A stretch of DNA of 64,000 nucleotides from Candidatus Hydrogenedentota bacterium (GTDB taxonomy: Bacteria > Hydrogenedentota > Hydrogenedentia > Hydrogenedentales > JAGMZX01): NCBI GenBank assembly GCA_018005585.1, contig JAGMZX010000009.1, positions 6,185 through 70,184 on the forward strand. Reading direction: 5' to 3'. This document shows, one piece after another, positions 54,518-64,000 of this stretch. Position 1 is the first letter of the stretch; each line of letters opens with the position of its first letter. Under the pieces are notes generated by a model. It searched no databases and was not told the DNA's origin. It was given only the letters and a program-made list of their open reading frames with translations. The translations under genes and the position numbers were made by a program.

Positions 54518-56281
54518 CTACGTAAGCCCCGTTTTCTCGCGAAGCTCCTGTTCCACGCGCACCTTTTCCTGCAAAAGCGCCACCACCCGTTCCTGGTCTT
54601 GCGCCCGTTCCGCCTCGCGGATGGCCGCCTGCAACGAGGCTGCGCGCGCGCGCAACGCCTCCTGTTCGAACCGGGACAGCCGTTTCTCAACCAGGGAGTC
54701 GGCGGCTGCGCCGCGGGGCGGCTCAGAGGTCGCCGCCGCGGTATAGAGCGACATCGCCATATCATTCTCGAAATTCGGAGTAAGTTCCGCGCCGCCCGTT
54801 TCCTCACCGAGAATTGCGCTCAGCACGTCCTTCACGGGGCCCGGCTCCAGCGTTACGGCTCGCAACGCATCCCGCGCGCGGGCGCGCAACGGCTCGCTCT
54901 GCACGAGCGCCGCCACGAAATCGATATCGTCGCGGCTCCAACGCGGACTGGGCGCCGCCTCGCGGGGCCGCACCGGCCGCTCTCCCGCTCGCCGGAACTT
55001 TTCGAATTCCCCGCGGAACGACCATTCATTCAGACCCAACTCCCGCGCACCTCGTTTCAGGTAATCATCGAGCCGCAACTGGTCCTCGATATGCTGCAGC
55101 ACGGCAAACATCTCCCGCGCCACCGCGGACTTGCCCTCGATACTGCCCAGACGCGCCTGGTTCATCCTGGCGCAGAACGTGATGAAATCTGGCGCTTCCT
55201 CTACAAGACCTTGAAAGGCTTCGGCGCCGGCCTGCCGCAGGAAGTCGTCCGGGTCCTGCCCTTCGGGCAGGGCCATCGCACGCACCTGCAGGCCCGCCGC
55301 CACCAGCAACCCAATCCCGCGCAACGCCGCCTGGATGCCCGCCGCGTCGCCGTCGTATACGACCACGACATCCGCAACGTGGCGGCGGATCATGGCCGCT
55401 TGTTCCGAAGTCAAGGCCGTGCCGCATGTCGCCACGACGTTTTCGATACCGGCGTCAAAACAACGCAGCAGATCGATGTAGCCCTCGACCAGCAACACCC
55501 GTTTCTCGCGCCGTATTGCCTCCCGCGCTTCGTACAAACCGTACAGCACGCGGCCTTTCTTGTAGATCAACGTTTCGGGCGAGTTGATGTATTTCGCCTC
55601 GCCTTCGGCAAGCGCGCGGCCGCCGAACGCCACCGTATTGCCCGAGGGGTTGCGTATGGGAAATATCAACCGGTCGCGGAACATGTCGTACCAGGAACCG
55701 CGTTCGCCCCGCTTGAACAGACCGGAGGCTTCGACGACGTCCTGTGCAAAGCGTTTCTTGCGCGCCACGTCGAGGAGATTCGACCAGCCCTCGGGGGCAT
55801 ATCCGACGCCGAACCGTTCCACGGTTTCATGCTTCAACTTTCGCGTTTCCAGATAGCGGCGGCCTCGCTCGCCACGCTCCGGGGCCCGCAGCGTTTCCCG
55901 GTAGAAGTGCTCCGCCTGGCGGCACAACTCCATGGCCTGCGTCCGCAGGAAATCCGAGCGCTGGTCGCTGTTCGGCACGGCAGGCAGCCGCACGCCCGCG
56001 CGGTCCGCGAGCTTGTGCAGTGCCTCGGCAAAACTGAGTCCCTCGTACTCCACGATGAAGGCGATGGCGTCGCCGCCTTTGCCGCAGCCGAAACAATGGT
56101 ACATTTGCCGGTCGCGGCTTACGATGAACGAGGGCGTCTTCTCGGTGTGAAAGGGGCACAGGGCCCTGAATCGCGATCCCGCCGGTTTTAGTTCGAGATA
56201 TGCGCCAATGACATCGACAATGTCGATTGCCGCAAGTACTTCAGAAATGTGGTCCCGGTTGTACCTCTGCGGACTGGCCAT
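54518..56281 (-). CDS. dnaG: DNA primase (CHC2 zinc finger, Toprim)
   Basis: 'CPFHTEKTPSFIVSRDRQMYHCFGCGKGGDAIAFI'; Toprim 'VLLVEGYIDLL...VVATCGTALT...VVVYDGDAAG'. Confidence 0.95.
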   Translation of the reverse strand: MASPQRYNRDHISEVLAAIDIVDVIGAYLELKPAGSRFRALCPFHTEKTPSFIVSRDRQMYHCFGCGKGGDAIAFIVEYEGLSFAEALHKLADRAGVRLPAVPNSDQRSDFLRTQAMELCRQAEHFYRETLRAPERGERGRRYLETRKLKHETVERFGVGYAPEGWSNLLDVARKKRFAQDVVEASGLFKRGERGSWYDMFRDRLIFPIRNPSGNTVAFGGRALAEGEAKYINSPETLIYKKGRVLYGLYEAREAIRREKRVLLVEGYIDLLRCFDAGIENVVATCGTALTSEQAAMIRRHVADVVVVYDGDAAGIQAALRGIGLLVAAGLQVRAMALPEGQDPDDFLRQAGAEAFQGLVEEAPDFITFCARMNQARLGSIEGKSAVAREMFAVLQHIEDQLRLDDYLKRGARELGLNEWSFRGEFEKFRRAGERPVRPREAAPSPRWSRDDIDFVAALVQSEPLRARARDALRAVTLEPGPVKDVLSAILGEETGGAELTPNFENDMAMSLYTAAATSEPPRGAAADSLVEKRLSRFEQEALRARAASLQAAIREAERAQDQERVVALLQEKVRVEQELREKTGLT

Positions 56282-56626
56282 GACCCACCAACAATAGGAA
56301 TTTACCTGCTTAAACCTTTTAGTGAGAACCGGTTAACGCCCTGCCGCACCGCGAAGCGCAAGGGAGGTGTCTATGTGCAAGCATAGACCTCCCCTCGGAG
56401 TTGTCAAGCATCATAAGCTTACCACATTGCCGCCGCGCTGTCAACTCGACTCGCGTATCGGGTGATGCGCGCGTCGCTGACTGGCCTTGGCCTTCAGGCC
56501 GTGCGTCCTTGATGGAAAGCCACGGCGGGAATGGTTGCAGCCCCGTTCAGGAATGCCTACAATGTCGCGCGACTCGGGGAAATGAACCTGTCGCGGCGCG
56601 GATGTCGTGTTACGGGGAGGCATGTC

Positions 56627-57655
56627 ATGAACAAACTCGGAGTGGGCATGGTCGGGGCCGGTTGGGTCGCCGGAGAATATCTGCGTGCTTTCTCTGCAAA
56701 CCCGCACACGGAAATACGCGCGGTCTGCGCAAGGAACAAGGACCGCGCCAACGCGCTTACGGGCCAGAAGGGCGTGTCCTGCGAGATTCTGACCGACTAC
56801 GAGCGGCTGCTCGCCATGGACGGCATCGATATCGTCGTGATTGCCACGCCGCCAGACTGTCATTGCGCGCAGGCCGTCGCCGCTGCGCAGGCGGGCAAGC
56901 ATATGGTCCTGGAAAAGGCGATGGCAGTCGGCATCCAGGAAGCGCGCGCCATCCGGGACGCAGTGGCCAAGGCGGGCGTGAAATCGGTGGTCAGCTTCGT
57001 GCTTCGCTGGAACCCGCTTTTCGAGATCATCAAGAAGCAGCTGGCGGACGACACCATAGGCGACATCTTTTTCGGCGAGGTGGACTATTTCCACGGCATC
57101 GGGCCGTGGTACAAACTCTACGGCTGGAACGTGAAGCGGGAGGTGGGCGCCAGTTCGCTGCTTGCGGCGGGCTGTCACGCGATGGACGCGTTGCGCTGGT
57201 TCATGGGCGGTGAAGTGGCGGAGGTGTTTCAATACTCGACGTTCGGCCGCGGCGCCGATTTCAAGGAATACGAGTACGATCCCACCTCCTGCACGGTATG
57301 CAAATTCACGGACGGGCGCATCGGCAAGGTCGTCTCGTGCATCGAGTGTATCCAGCCCTACGTTTTCGACATCAATCTCGTTGGCACACACGGCACGATC
57401 CGCAATAACCAGATTTATTCGCGCGCCAAGTTCCCCGGTCAGACGTCTTGGGTTCAGGTGCCTACGGTGCTGCCGGACAGCGGCGATGTAACGCATCATC
57501 CCTTCACGGACGAGGTTGCGCACCTCGTCGATTGCATTCAGCGGGACCGGGAGAGCCACGCTAATGTGGCCGACGCCTACAAGACGCACGAGATCTGCTA
57601 TGCCGCGGATTTGTCGGGGAAGGAAGGGCGGCCGGTTGCGCTGCCCTTGCCGTAA
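56627..57655 (+). CDS. Gfo/Idh/MocA-family NAD(P)-dependent oxidoreductase
   Basis: 'LGVGMVGAGWVAGEYLRAF' Rossmann N-terminus; 'MVLEKAMA' typical EKP-like block. Confidence 0.85.
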   Translation: MNKLGVGMVGAGWVAGEYLRAFSANPHTEIRAVCARNKDRANALTGQKGVSCEILTDYERLLAMDGIDIVVIATPPDCHCAQAVAAAQAGKHMVLEKAMAVGIQEARAIRDAVAKAGVKSVVSFVLRWNPLFEIIKKQLADDTIGDIFFGEVDYFHGIGPWYKLYGWNVKREVGASSLLAAGCHAMDALRWFMGGEVAEVFQYSTFGRGADFKEYEYDPTSCTVCKFTDGRIGKVVSCIECIQPYVFDINLVGTHGTIRNNQIYSRAKFPGQTSWVQVPTVLPDSGDVTHHPFTDEVAHLVDCIQRDRESHANVADAYKTHEICYAADLSGKEGRPVALPLP

Positions 57656-57691
57656 CGCACTGCAAATGCCGGGGGCCAAGGGCCGGACATC

Positions 57692-58675
57692 ATGTGGAAC
57701 GAAGAAATAAAGCGGGTCGTAGCGAAGCATTCGCCGCTGTTCATCCTTGCGGGATTGTGCGTCCTGTTTGCGGTTATCTCGCCTCCGTTTCGCATGCCGC
57801 ACAACGTGCAGCAGGTCATGGCGCGCACAACCTTTGTCGGCGTGCTTGCCGTGGGTCAACTGCTTGTGATCTTGACCGCGGGCATCGACTTATCCGTGGG
57901 CAGCGTGGCGGCGCTCGCGGGCATGGCCGGCTGTTTCTGCATGAAATCGGCCGGGCTGGAACAGGTCTTTGGCGATGACTCGCTCGCGCTTGCCGCGCTG
58001 GGCGTGCTCGCGGGTGCAGCCACGGGTCTCGCCTGTGGACTGACCAACGGCCTGCTGGTGGCGAAAGGCCGTATTCCGCCGTTTATCGTGACGCTGGGCA
58101 TGATGATGATTGCGCGCGGCGCCGCGCGGCTGCTCTCCGGCGGAACCAACATCTCCGATCTGCCGGAAGTCTTCGCCTGGCTCGGCGGTTCGCGTGCCTG
58201 GTGGTTTCCTGTCGCAATAACGTTGACCATCACGGCAGCCGGCGCCGTGACCTTGGCCCTTGCGCGGTTTGGGCGGTATCTATATGCCGTAGGCGGCAAC
58301 CGCGAAGCCGCGCGTTTGTCTGGTTTGCCCGTAGACCGGATCCGCATCGCCGCCTATGCGATTTGCGGCCTCCTCGCGGGGTTCGGCGGGATGGTCCTGG
58401 CGTCGCGCACGATGATCGGGTCGCCGAACGCCGCCGAGATGAGCGAATTGGACGCCATCGCCGCGTGCGTGATAGGCGGCGCGAGTCTGATGGGCGGCGA
58501 GGGCGGCGCGTTGACGTCGCTTGCGGGCGCGCTCATCATGGCCGTGCTCACCAATTTCTGCATTCTGATGGGCTTGAACGACAACTGGCAGCGGGTGTTG
58601 ATCGGGTCGCTGATCATCGCGCTCGTCTTCTACGACAATCTGCGCAAACGGCGCGTCGGACTGCTTAAGGAATAA
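57692..58675 (+). CDS. ABC transporter permease (CUT2/RbsC-type). No cognate ATPase or binding protein adjacent.
   Basis: 'ILTAGIDLSVGSVAALAGM', 'YLYAVGGNREAARLSGLPV', paralogous to the permease at 44187..45176. Confidence 0.8.
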   Translation: MWNEEIKRVVAKHSPLFILAGLCVLFAVISPPFRMPHNVQQVMARTTFVGVLAVGQLLVILTAGIDLSVGSVAALAGMAGCFCMKSAGLEQVFGDDSLALAALGVLAGAATGLACGLTNGLLVAKGRIPPFIVTLGMMMIARGAARLLSGGTNISDLPEVFAWLGGSRAWWFPVAITLTITAAGAVTLALARFGRYLYAVGGNREAARLSGLPVDRIRIAAYAICGLLAGFGGMVLASRTMIGSPNAAEMSELDAIAACVIGGASLMGGEGGALTSLAGALIMAVLTNFCILMGLNDNWQRVLIGSLIIALVFYDNLRKRRVGLLKE

Positions 58676-58834
58676 GCCGGACCCCGCAAAAGGAATCGCA
58701 CCGTGCCTTGCCGGTTGCGCATAGGCTGTCTGTGACTTGACACCACCCGCGCAGTCCGATTGAATACCCACGACAGACCGGATCCGCCAGGAGGCCCGGT
58801 GGGCGGCCGCGGCATTGCAGAAGGAGGCCTACAC

Positions 58835-59782
58835 ATGCGCGCACTCGTGTTTGACGGCGAGTTACGGCTTGTGGAAGCGCCGTTGCCGCGCGTGAGACCC
58901 GGTGAAGCACTGATTCGCGTGCTGGTGGCGGGCGTCTGCAACACCGACCTCGAGATCATGCGGGGCTACATGCGGTTTGAAGGCATCCCCGGCCATGAGT
59001 TCGTCGGGATTGTGGAAGACGCGGAACACCGTCACCTGATTGGCAAACGGGTGGTCGGAGAGATCAACTGCGTCTGTCACGCTTGTCAGTTCTGTCAACT
59101 CGAGATGCCGCACCACTGCCTGAACCGCACGGTGCTCGGTATCCAGGGCCGGAATGGCGCATTCGCGGAGTTTCTCGCCCTGCCGGAGGAAAACCTGCAC
59201 CTGGCGCCGTCCTCCATCCGGGACGATGTGGCCGTGTTCACGGAACCGGTCGCCTCCGCGTTCCGGATCGCGGAGCAGGTAGTCATCACGGGCGATGACC
59301 GCGTCGTAGTGCTGGGGGATGGCAAGTTGGGCCAGCTCTGCGCCCAGGTCTTATGGCTGCAAACGAAGAATCTGGTGTGCGTGGGCAAGCATCCCTGGAA
59401 GCTGGAAATGCTGGCCCGTCTGGGGATCGGCACGGTGCTCGCCGACGAGCCGGTCGAACGAGGGGCCGACATTGTCGTCGAGGCAACCGGTTCGGAGAGC
59501 GGCCTGGCGCGCGCGCTTGAACTGGTGCGCCCCGAGGGCTCGATCATCCTGAAGACGACCGTTCCGCGGGCGACCGCACTCGAATTCAGCGTGCCGGTGG
59601 TCAACGAAGTGCGCATTGTGGGCAGCCGTTGCGGCCCCTTCCGCCCGGCCATGGACGCGCTGGCGATGGGCAACGTCGAGGTGCGGCCCATGATCTCCGA
59701 GGTGTTCCCGCTCGCCGATGGGGTCGCCGCGCTCCGCCGCGCGCAGGATGCCGGGGTGATGAAGGTGCTGATTCAAGTGTGA
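58835..59782 (+). CDS. Zinc-dependent alcohol/polyol dehydrogenase (MDR family)
   Basis: 'GHEFVGIVE' zinc-ligand motif, structural-zinc Cys cluster 'CVCHACQFCQLEMPHHC', GxGxxG 'VVLGDGKLGQL'. Confidence 0.85.
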   Translation: MRALVFDGELRLVEAPLPRVRPGEALIRVLVAGVCNTDLEIMRGYMRFEGIPGHEFVGIVEDAEHRHLIGKRVVGEINCVCHACQFCQLEMPHHCLNRTVLGIQGRNGAFAEFLALPEENLHLAPSSIRDDVAVFTEPVASAFRIAEQVVITGDDRVVVLGDGKLGQLCAQVLWLQTKNLVCVGKHPWKLEMLARLGIGTVLADEPVERGADIVVEATGSESGLARALELVRPEGSIILKTTVPRATALEFSVPVVNEVRIVGSRCGPFRPAMDALAMGNVEVRPMISEVFPLADGVAALRRAQDAGVMKVLIQV

Positions 59783-59824
59783 CGCGGGAGGCGGCGTGGG
59801 GGGGACCGCTGCCAGCAGACGCGA

Positions 59825-61276
59825 TTATGCGCGGTGTTGATCGAGCAGAGCGCGTATTGCCGGCACCATCTCGCCGCGTGGCACCGTCACCTGCCCGGTC
59901 TTGCCCGCTTCGCGATAGGCTTCGCGGTCGACGATGTGCTCGCGCTCGGCCTTGCCCGCGCACAGATCTTTTACCGCTACGACGCCATGGGCCAGTTCGT
60001 CCTCCCCGAGAATGACGGCGACGGGAATTCCGTAGTGGTCCGCGTGCGAAAGCTGGTTGCCCATCTGCATCTTCTTCTTTGAGGCGAAGAACGTCTCGGT
60101 GCAGAGCCCTGCGGCGCGCAGTTCCGCGCCAAGCCGCAGCGTTTCCGTTTTCGGCACGTTTCCCATCGTCACCACGAGCACCTGCACGGGCGTGCTGACA
60201 TCGTCGAGGCACCCCGTGTGCCTGAGCGCCGCGACCAGCCGGTCGAGTCCGACCGACATGCCCGTGCAGGGGACCGGGCGGTCCAGGAACCGCGAGACCA
60301 GGCCGTCGTAACGGCCCCCGCCCATCACGGAGCCGAATTGCGGCGCATCGGGGAGCGCCATCTCGAACACGGGCCCGGTGTAGTAATCGAGTCCACGGGC
60401 GAGGCTCGGCGTGAAGCGGGCGTGTGCCTCGTCTACGCCCAAAGCATCCAGTGCGTCCGAGAGTTCGAGCATCTCCGCAATGGCCTCTTGCGCGGCCTTG
60501 CTGTCTGGCAGCGCGGTCTCCAGCGCCGCGGCGACAGCCGCGCGGCTGCCGCCCTCAATCGCGATGAAGTCCAGGATCCGTCCAATGGTTGCGCCATCGA
60601 GCTTCGCGCCGGGAATAGGGTCCCCCGATTCGTCGACGCGCCCGGGACCGAGTTCGAGGCGTACATTGTCTGCCCCGGCCTTGTCCAGCTTATCGATAAT
60701 GCGCAGTACGTGTTTCTGCCGGGCCTGCTCCGTGACCCCGCAAGCGTCCAGCAGGGCGTCGATGACCTTGCGGTTGTTGATAACGGCCGTGAAGCGTGTC
60801 GCGCCCGCGGCGCGCATGATGTCCGCCATCACGGCGATGATCTCCGCATCCACCGCAACCGTCGCGGCGCCTGCGACGTCGATGTCGCACTGCACGAACT
60901 GGCGGAAACGGCCCACGCCCGGCTTGTCCGCGCGCCAGACCGGGCCGATGGCGTAGCGCCGGAACGGCGGTTTCAATTGTTCGGGGTACTGGGCGAGCAG
61001 ACGCGCGAACGGCACCGTGAGGTCGAACCGCAGCGCAATGGCTTCGTTTTCGGGGCTTTCGAAGCGGAACAGTTCCTTGTTTGCGCCTTCGCCGCCTGCG
61101 CCAAGCAGCACGTCGAGATACTCCATGGCGGGCGTCTCGACGGGCGCGAACCCGTATCGCTCGAAAACGGACTCGATTGCGCGCAAGAGGCGCTGTCTCG
61201 GGAGCACATCGCCCGGGAACAGGTCCTGGAAGCCTTTCAGCGTGCGTGGTTCAACGAATTGTCTTTTTTCGGTCAT
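59825..61276 (-). CDS. hisS: Histidine--tRNA ligase (class II)
   Basis: 'RTLKGFQDLFPGD', motif 2 'FRRYAIGPVWRADKPGVGRFRQFVQCDID', motif 3 'GGGRYDGL', C-terminal anticodon-binding domain. Confidence 0.9.
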   Translation of the reverse strand: MTEKRQFVEPRTLKGFQDLFPGDVLPRQRLLRAIESVFERYGFAPVETPAMEYLDVLLGAGGEGANKELFRFESPENEAIALRFDLTVPFARLLAQYPEQLKPPFRRYAIGPVWRADKPGVGRFRQFVQCDIDVAGAATVAVDAEIIAVMADIMRAAGATRFTAVINNRKVIDALLDACGVTEQARQKHVLRIIDKLDKAGADNVRLELGPGRVDESGDPIPGAKLDGATIGRILDFIAIEGGSRAAVAAALETALPDSKAAQEAIAEMLELSDALDALGVDEAHARFTPSLARGLDYYTGPVFEMALPDAPQFGSVMGGGRYDGLVSRFLDRPVPCTGMSVGLDRLVAALRHTGCLDDVSTPVQVLVVTMGNVPKTETLRLGAELRAAGLCTETFFASKKKMQMGNQLSHADHYGIPVAVILGEDELAHGVVAVKDLCAGKAEREHIVDREAYREAGKTGQVTVPRGEMVPAIRALLDQHRA

Positions 61277-61407
61277 GAGAGGATTCACCCGGCGTTCAGA
61301 CACAGGAGTATGCAGACAACGCTGACTCTAACAAACCCCCCCGCATGCCCTCAATGCAAGGCGGGACCGCCGCGCGCGTGCGAGCGTCTTCTATCGGGGG
61401 TTGGCAA

Positions 61408-61557
61408 TCAGGGGACGATGCCGTTGCCTGTGCCGTTCACACCAAATATCCAGTTGACCAGCCCGGCGATCAAATGCGTAAACGCCGTCATCCAGTAGTC
61501 CAGCGCCATCGTCCAGACCTGCTCCGTCACATCGCCCCAAAAGTCACCCCAGCCCAT
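61408..61557 (-). CDS. Candidate small hydrophobic protein (49 aa; MGWGDFWGDVTEQVWTMALDYWMTAFTHLIAGLVNWIFGVNGTGNGIVP) immediately upstream of hisS in a lower-GC stretch
   Basis: ORF only (internal Met of the 61408..61635 track ORF); no homology recognised. Confidence 0.25.
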   Translation of the reverse strand: MGWGDFWGDVTEQVWTMALDYWMTAFTHLIAGLVNWIFGVNGTGNGIVP

Positions 61558-61909
61558 TGAGACATGCTCCTTTGCTCGAATTTTGCAGAGACTATATGGT
61601 GATGGTCCTGCCGAACAATGCCAGAATGAACTCAATTACCTGGAAAAGCGGCAGGCTGGACAAGAGGCCCGTTCCGCGGTCGACGAGACCGTCAACGACG
61701 TCCGAGCACCAATCGTCAAACCACGCGACAAATCCGGTCCAATTCGACATGCTGCGTCTCCCCGCATTGCATTCCCTGCGTGCGCTTTGGATTTCACCCC
61801 GGCAACCCCGCCTCGCCATGGACACATGCTTGCCCGCGTTCGTATGTGCGACGATATGGTAACGGAAGGACGTTTCACGCTGCAACCGGCGCGTATTGAC
61901 AGCGGCGCA

Positions 61910-61938
61910 TTGACACGCGGCGCGCCGTCTGGTACTAT
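61910..61938 (+). promoter_or_regulatory. Consensus sigma70 promoter TTGACA-N17-TACTAT upstream of the TetR gene, with a second TTGACA copy 14 bp upstream (direct repeat ATTGACA...ATTGACA)
   Basis: Read directly. Confidence 0.5.
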
Positions 61939-61969
61939 TTTGAGCGAGCGCTCAGTCAGGAGATACCCC

Positions 61970-62644
61970 ATGCCGTCCACTCAGACCGCGCACAAACGCA
62001 AATGCATACCCGCGCGTGTGAAGAACAACGAATTGGTCGAGAAGAAACGCCGCGAACTTGTCAATGCGGCCGTGGGCCTGTTCACTCGGAAGGGGTTCCA
62101 CCGGACGACGACACGCGAATTGGCCGAGGCGGCGGGCTGGTCCGTGGGGCTGCTGTATGAGTACGTGAAGAGCAAGGAGGACGTGCTTTACCTGGTTTGC
62201 GAGGCGATCCACAGGGACATGGAGCATGCGTTGCGTGAGCGGATTGGGGGGGCGGCAACGGGCCGCGCGTCGCTTGAGGCGGCGATTGCGGAGTACATGC
62301 GCGTCTGCGACCGGATGCAGGACGCGATTCTGCTGATTTACCGCGAAACGGGCGCGCTGGACGCGGTATCCCGCCGCTTCGTATTGCGAAACGAAGAGCG
62401 GATCACCCGCATCTTCGAGGAAATCCTGCGCGCCGGGCGGGAAGATGGCACGCTGCGCCTTCGCGACGGCAGGGCGCTGCGGCTCATGGCGCACAACGTC
62501 GTCGTGCTCGGACATATGTGGGCGTTCCGGCGCTGGTTCCTTGCCAAGAGCTACACGGTGGATGAATACAGCCGCCAGCAGACGGCGTTGATCTTGAATG
62601 AAATGACTTCGGCAAACGAGGGATCCAGGACATGGCCGCCGTGA
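61970..62644 (+). CDS. TetR-family transcriptional regulator
   Basis: 'LVNAAVGLFTRKGFHRTTTRELAEAAGWSVGLLYEYVKSKEDVLY'. Confidence 0.8.
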   Translation: MPSTQTAHKRKCIPARVKNNELVEKKRRELVNAAVGLFTRKGFHRTTTRELAEAAGWSVGLLYEYVKSKEDVLYLVCEAIHRDMEHALRERIGGAATGRASLEAAIAEYMRVCDRMQDAILLIYRETGALDAVSRRFVLRNEERITRIFEEILRAGREDGTLRLRDGRALRLMAHNVVVLGHMWAFRRWFLAKSYTVDEYSRQQTALILNEMTSANEGSRTWPP

Positions 62645-64000
62645 CGCTTGCACTCGAAACGCCTGATACTTGGGTTCGCGGACCCGTCCGGGTAATAACG
62701 GCGACAGCGCTCTTTGACGGACACGACGCCGCCATCAGCATCATGCGCCGCGTGTTGCTTGAGGCCGGCGCGGAAGTCATTCATCTCGGTCATAACCGGC
62801 CGGCGCAGGAAATCGTGCGCGCGGCCATACAAGAAGATGCGGACGCCATTGCCGTGAGTTCTTATCAGGGCGGGCACATGGAATTCTTTCCCTACATGCT
62901 CGACCTGTTGCGGGAGGCCGGCGCCGGCCATATCAAAGTATTTGGGGGCGGCGGCGGCGTCATCGTGCCGCGTGAAATCCGGGAACTCGAGGCGCGGGGC
63001 GTCGCGAAGATCTATTCTCCGGAAGACGGGCGGCGCCTGGGCTTGCGCGGCATGATCGACGACTTAGTCGCGCGGACGCTGGCGGACCGGCAGGCGCTCG
63101 AGCCCGGACGCGTGTACCACCTCGATGATCAACGTGAACTGGCCCGGTATATCACCGTTCTCGAAGCCGCAAGGGCTTCCCGCGGCGTGGACGTTCTCCC
63201 CGTGAAAACGGAGATCCCGCGGGCGGGTGAATCGGATGCTCATGGCGCGGCAGGTGACATGGGCGCCGCGACGGCGGTTGTCGGCATTACCGGCCCGGGC
63301 GGCGCGGGAAAATCGTCGCTCATTGACGAATTGGCAACCCGTTTTCTCCACGATTTCGCGGAGAAGCGCGTGGCGATACTGTCGACCGACCCGACGCGCA
63401 GGCGCACGGGCGGCGCCCTGCTCGGGGACCGCATTCGCGTCAACAGCGCGGCGCATCCGCGGGTTTACATGCGGTCGCTGGCTACGCGCGCGCAGGGGGG
63501 CGAAGTCGCCGCGGTACTGCAGGAAGCGATTCTCGCCGTTGGCGCGGCAGGGTATGAACTCGTTATTGCGGAGACGGCCGGGGCGGGCCAGAGTGACGCG
63601 GCCATCGCGCCCTTGGCCGATGTGGCCGTATACGTGATGACGCCCGAATATGGGGCTGCGTCGCAACTCGAAAAGATCAGCATGCTGGACTACGCGGACC
63701 TCGTGGTCGTCAACAAGTTCGACCGGCCCGGCGCGTTGGACGCCTTGCGCGACGTGCGCAAGCAGTACCAGCGCAATCACCGTCTGTTTGAAAGTCCCGT
63801 TGAGCGCATGCCGGTATTCGGCGCGATCGCGTCGCGGTTCAACGACGACGGCGTCACGGCCTTCTACCACGCCCTGATAGATGCGCTCAATGCCAAGCGC
63901 GGACTTGCGCTGCGTTCCGAATTGCCGCGTCCCGCGTCCCAATGCTCGACGGATTCCACGGTTGTCGTGCCGCATGGTCGTGCGCGGTACCTGGCGGAGA
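62632..64000 (+). CDS. IcmF-type fused acyl-CoA mutase, N-terminal part (B12-binding domain plus MeaB/ArgK-like G-protein domain). 3'-partial; continues beyond the window.
   Basis: Translated manually from 62632 with no stop to the window end. B12-domain 'ALFDGHDAAISIMRRVLLEAGAEVIHLGHN...AIAVSSYQGGH'; GTPase P-loop 'GITGPGGAGKSS' and NKxD 'VVNKFD'. Confidence 0.75.
   Translation, partial: MAAVTLALETPDTWVRGPVRVITATALFDGHDAAISIMRRVLLEAGAEVIHLGHNRPAQEIVRAAIQEDADAIAVSSYQGGHMEFFPYMLDLLREAGAGHIKVFGGGGGVIVPREIRELEARGVAKIYSPEDGRRLGLRGMIDDLVARTLADRQALEPGRVYHLDDQRELARYITVLEAARASRGVDVLPVKTEIPRAGESDAHGAAGDMGAATAVVGITGPGGAGKSSLIDELATRFLHDFAEKRVAILSTDPTRRRTGGALLGDRIRVNSAAHPRVYMRSLATRAQGGEVAAVLQEAILAVGAAGYELVIAETAGAGQSDAAIAPLADVAVYVMTPEYGAASQLEKISMLDYADLVVVNKFDRPGALDALRDVRKQYQRNHRLFESPVERMPVFGAIASRFNDDGVTAFYHALIDALNAKRGLALRSELPRPASQCSTDSTVVVPHGRARYLAE

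Noticed and set aside
1-64000. CRISPR arrays, rRNA genes, transposases/IS elements, toxin-antitoxin or restriction-modification genes
   Set aside because: No short regularly spaced direct repeats, no 16S/23S/5S signatures, no transposase/DDE motifs and no recognisable TA or R-M domains were seen. The only mobile-element signal is the partial integrase at the left edge.

Overview
This is a high-GC (about 65-68%) bacterial chromosomal segment, gene-dense on both strands. Taxonomy is uncertain; the gene content suggests a polysaccharide-degrading member of the PVC superphylum (Planctomycetota, Verrucomicrobiota or Kiritimatiellota-like). That content includes a Tat-signal sulfatase, a GH51 arabinofuranosidase with CBM4/9, a giant secreted SGNH/DUF5011/dockerin-like protein, an ECF sigma/anti-sigma pair and a RR-PP2C/STAS partner-switching pair. 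All calls come from reading the ORF translations and the DNA by eye; no database searches were run.

The left edge (1-754) is the end of an integrated element, with a tyrosine integrase whose C-terminal catalytic domain is intact, abutting tRNA-Val(TAC). The rest is core chromosome:
- rnd, a serine hydrolase, a TetR-Rnk fusion regulator and a DUF1015 protein
- a GH51 arabinofuranosidase downstream of an ECF sigma/anti-sigma pair
- an M20 peptidase, a GT4 glycosyltransferase, sat and an NAD-epimerase
- a 1686-aa multidomain secreted protein
- rubrerythrin with a palindromic operator
- a lower-GC 0.8 kb gap carrying a plus-strand intrinsic terminator
- a standalone Rnk and the three-gene pntAA-pntAB-pntB transhydrogenase
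- an RR-PP2C/STAS partner-switch pair and a LysM-rich lytic transglycosylase behind a consensus sigma70 promoter with a long leader
- mtnA, a large beta-helix/coiled-coil hypothetical protein, cmk-recJ and a convergent recD2
- a CUT2 sugar ABC transporter operon interrupted by a 544-aa membrane-anchored coiled-coil protein
- a sulfatase
- a cluster of small membrane protein, tocopherol-cyclase-like protein, small protein and GMC oxidoreductase, convergent with a GT39/ArnT-like membrane glycosyltransferase
- the dnaG-rpoD operon
- Gfo/Idh/MocA, an orphan CUT2 permease and Zn-ADH
- hisS, TetR, and the N-terminal part of an IcmF-type fused B12-domain/MeaB GTPase acyl-CoA mutase that runs off the window

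No CRISPR array, rRNA, transposase or obvious defense island was seen. The most unusual items are the coiled-coil gene embedded in the ABC operon, the TetR-Rnk fusion, the giant SGNH/Ca-repeat/DUF5011/dockerin-like protein, the tocopherol-cyclase-like cluster, and the lower-GC gap with a terminator but no recognisable gene.
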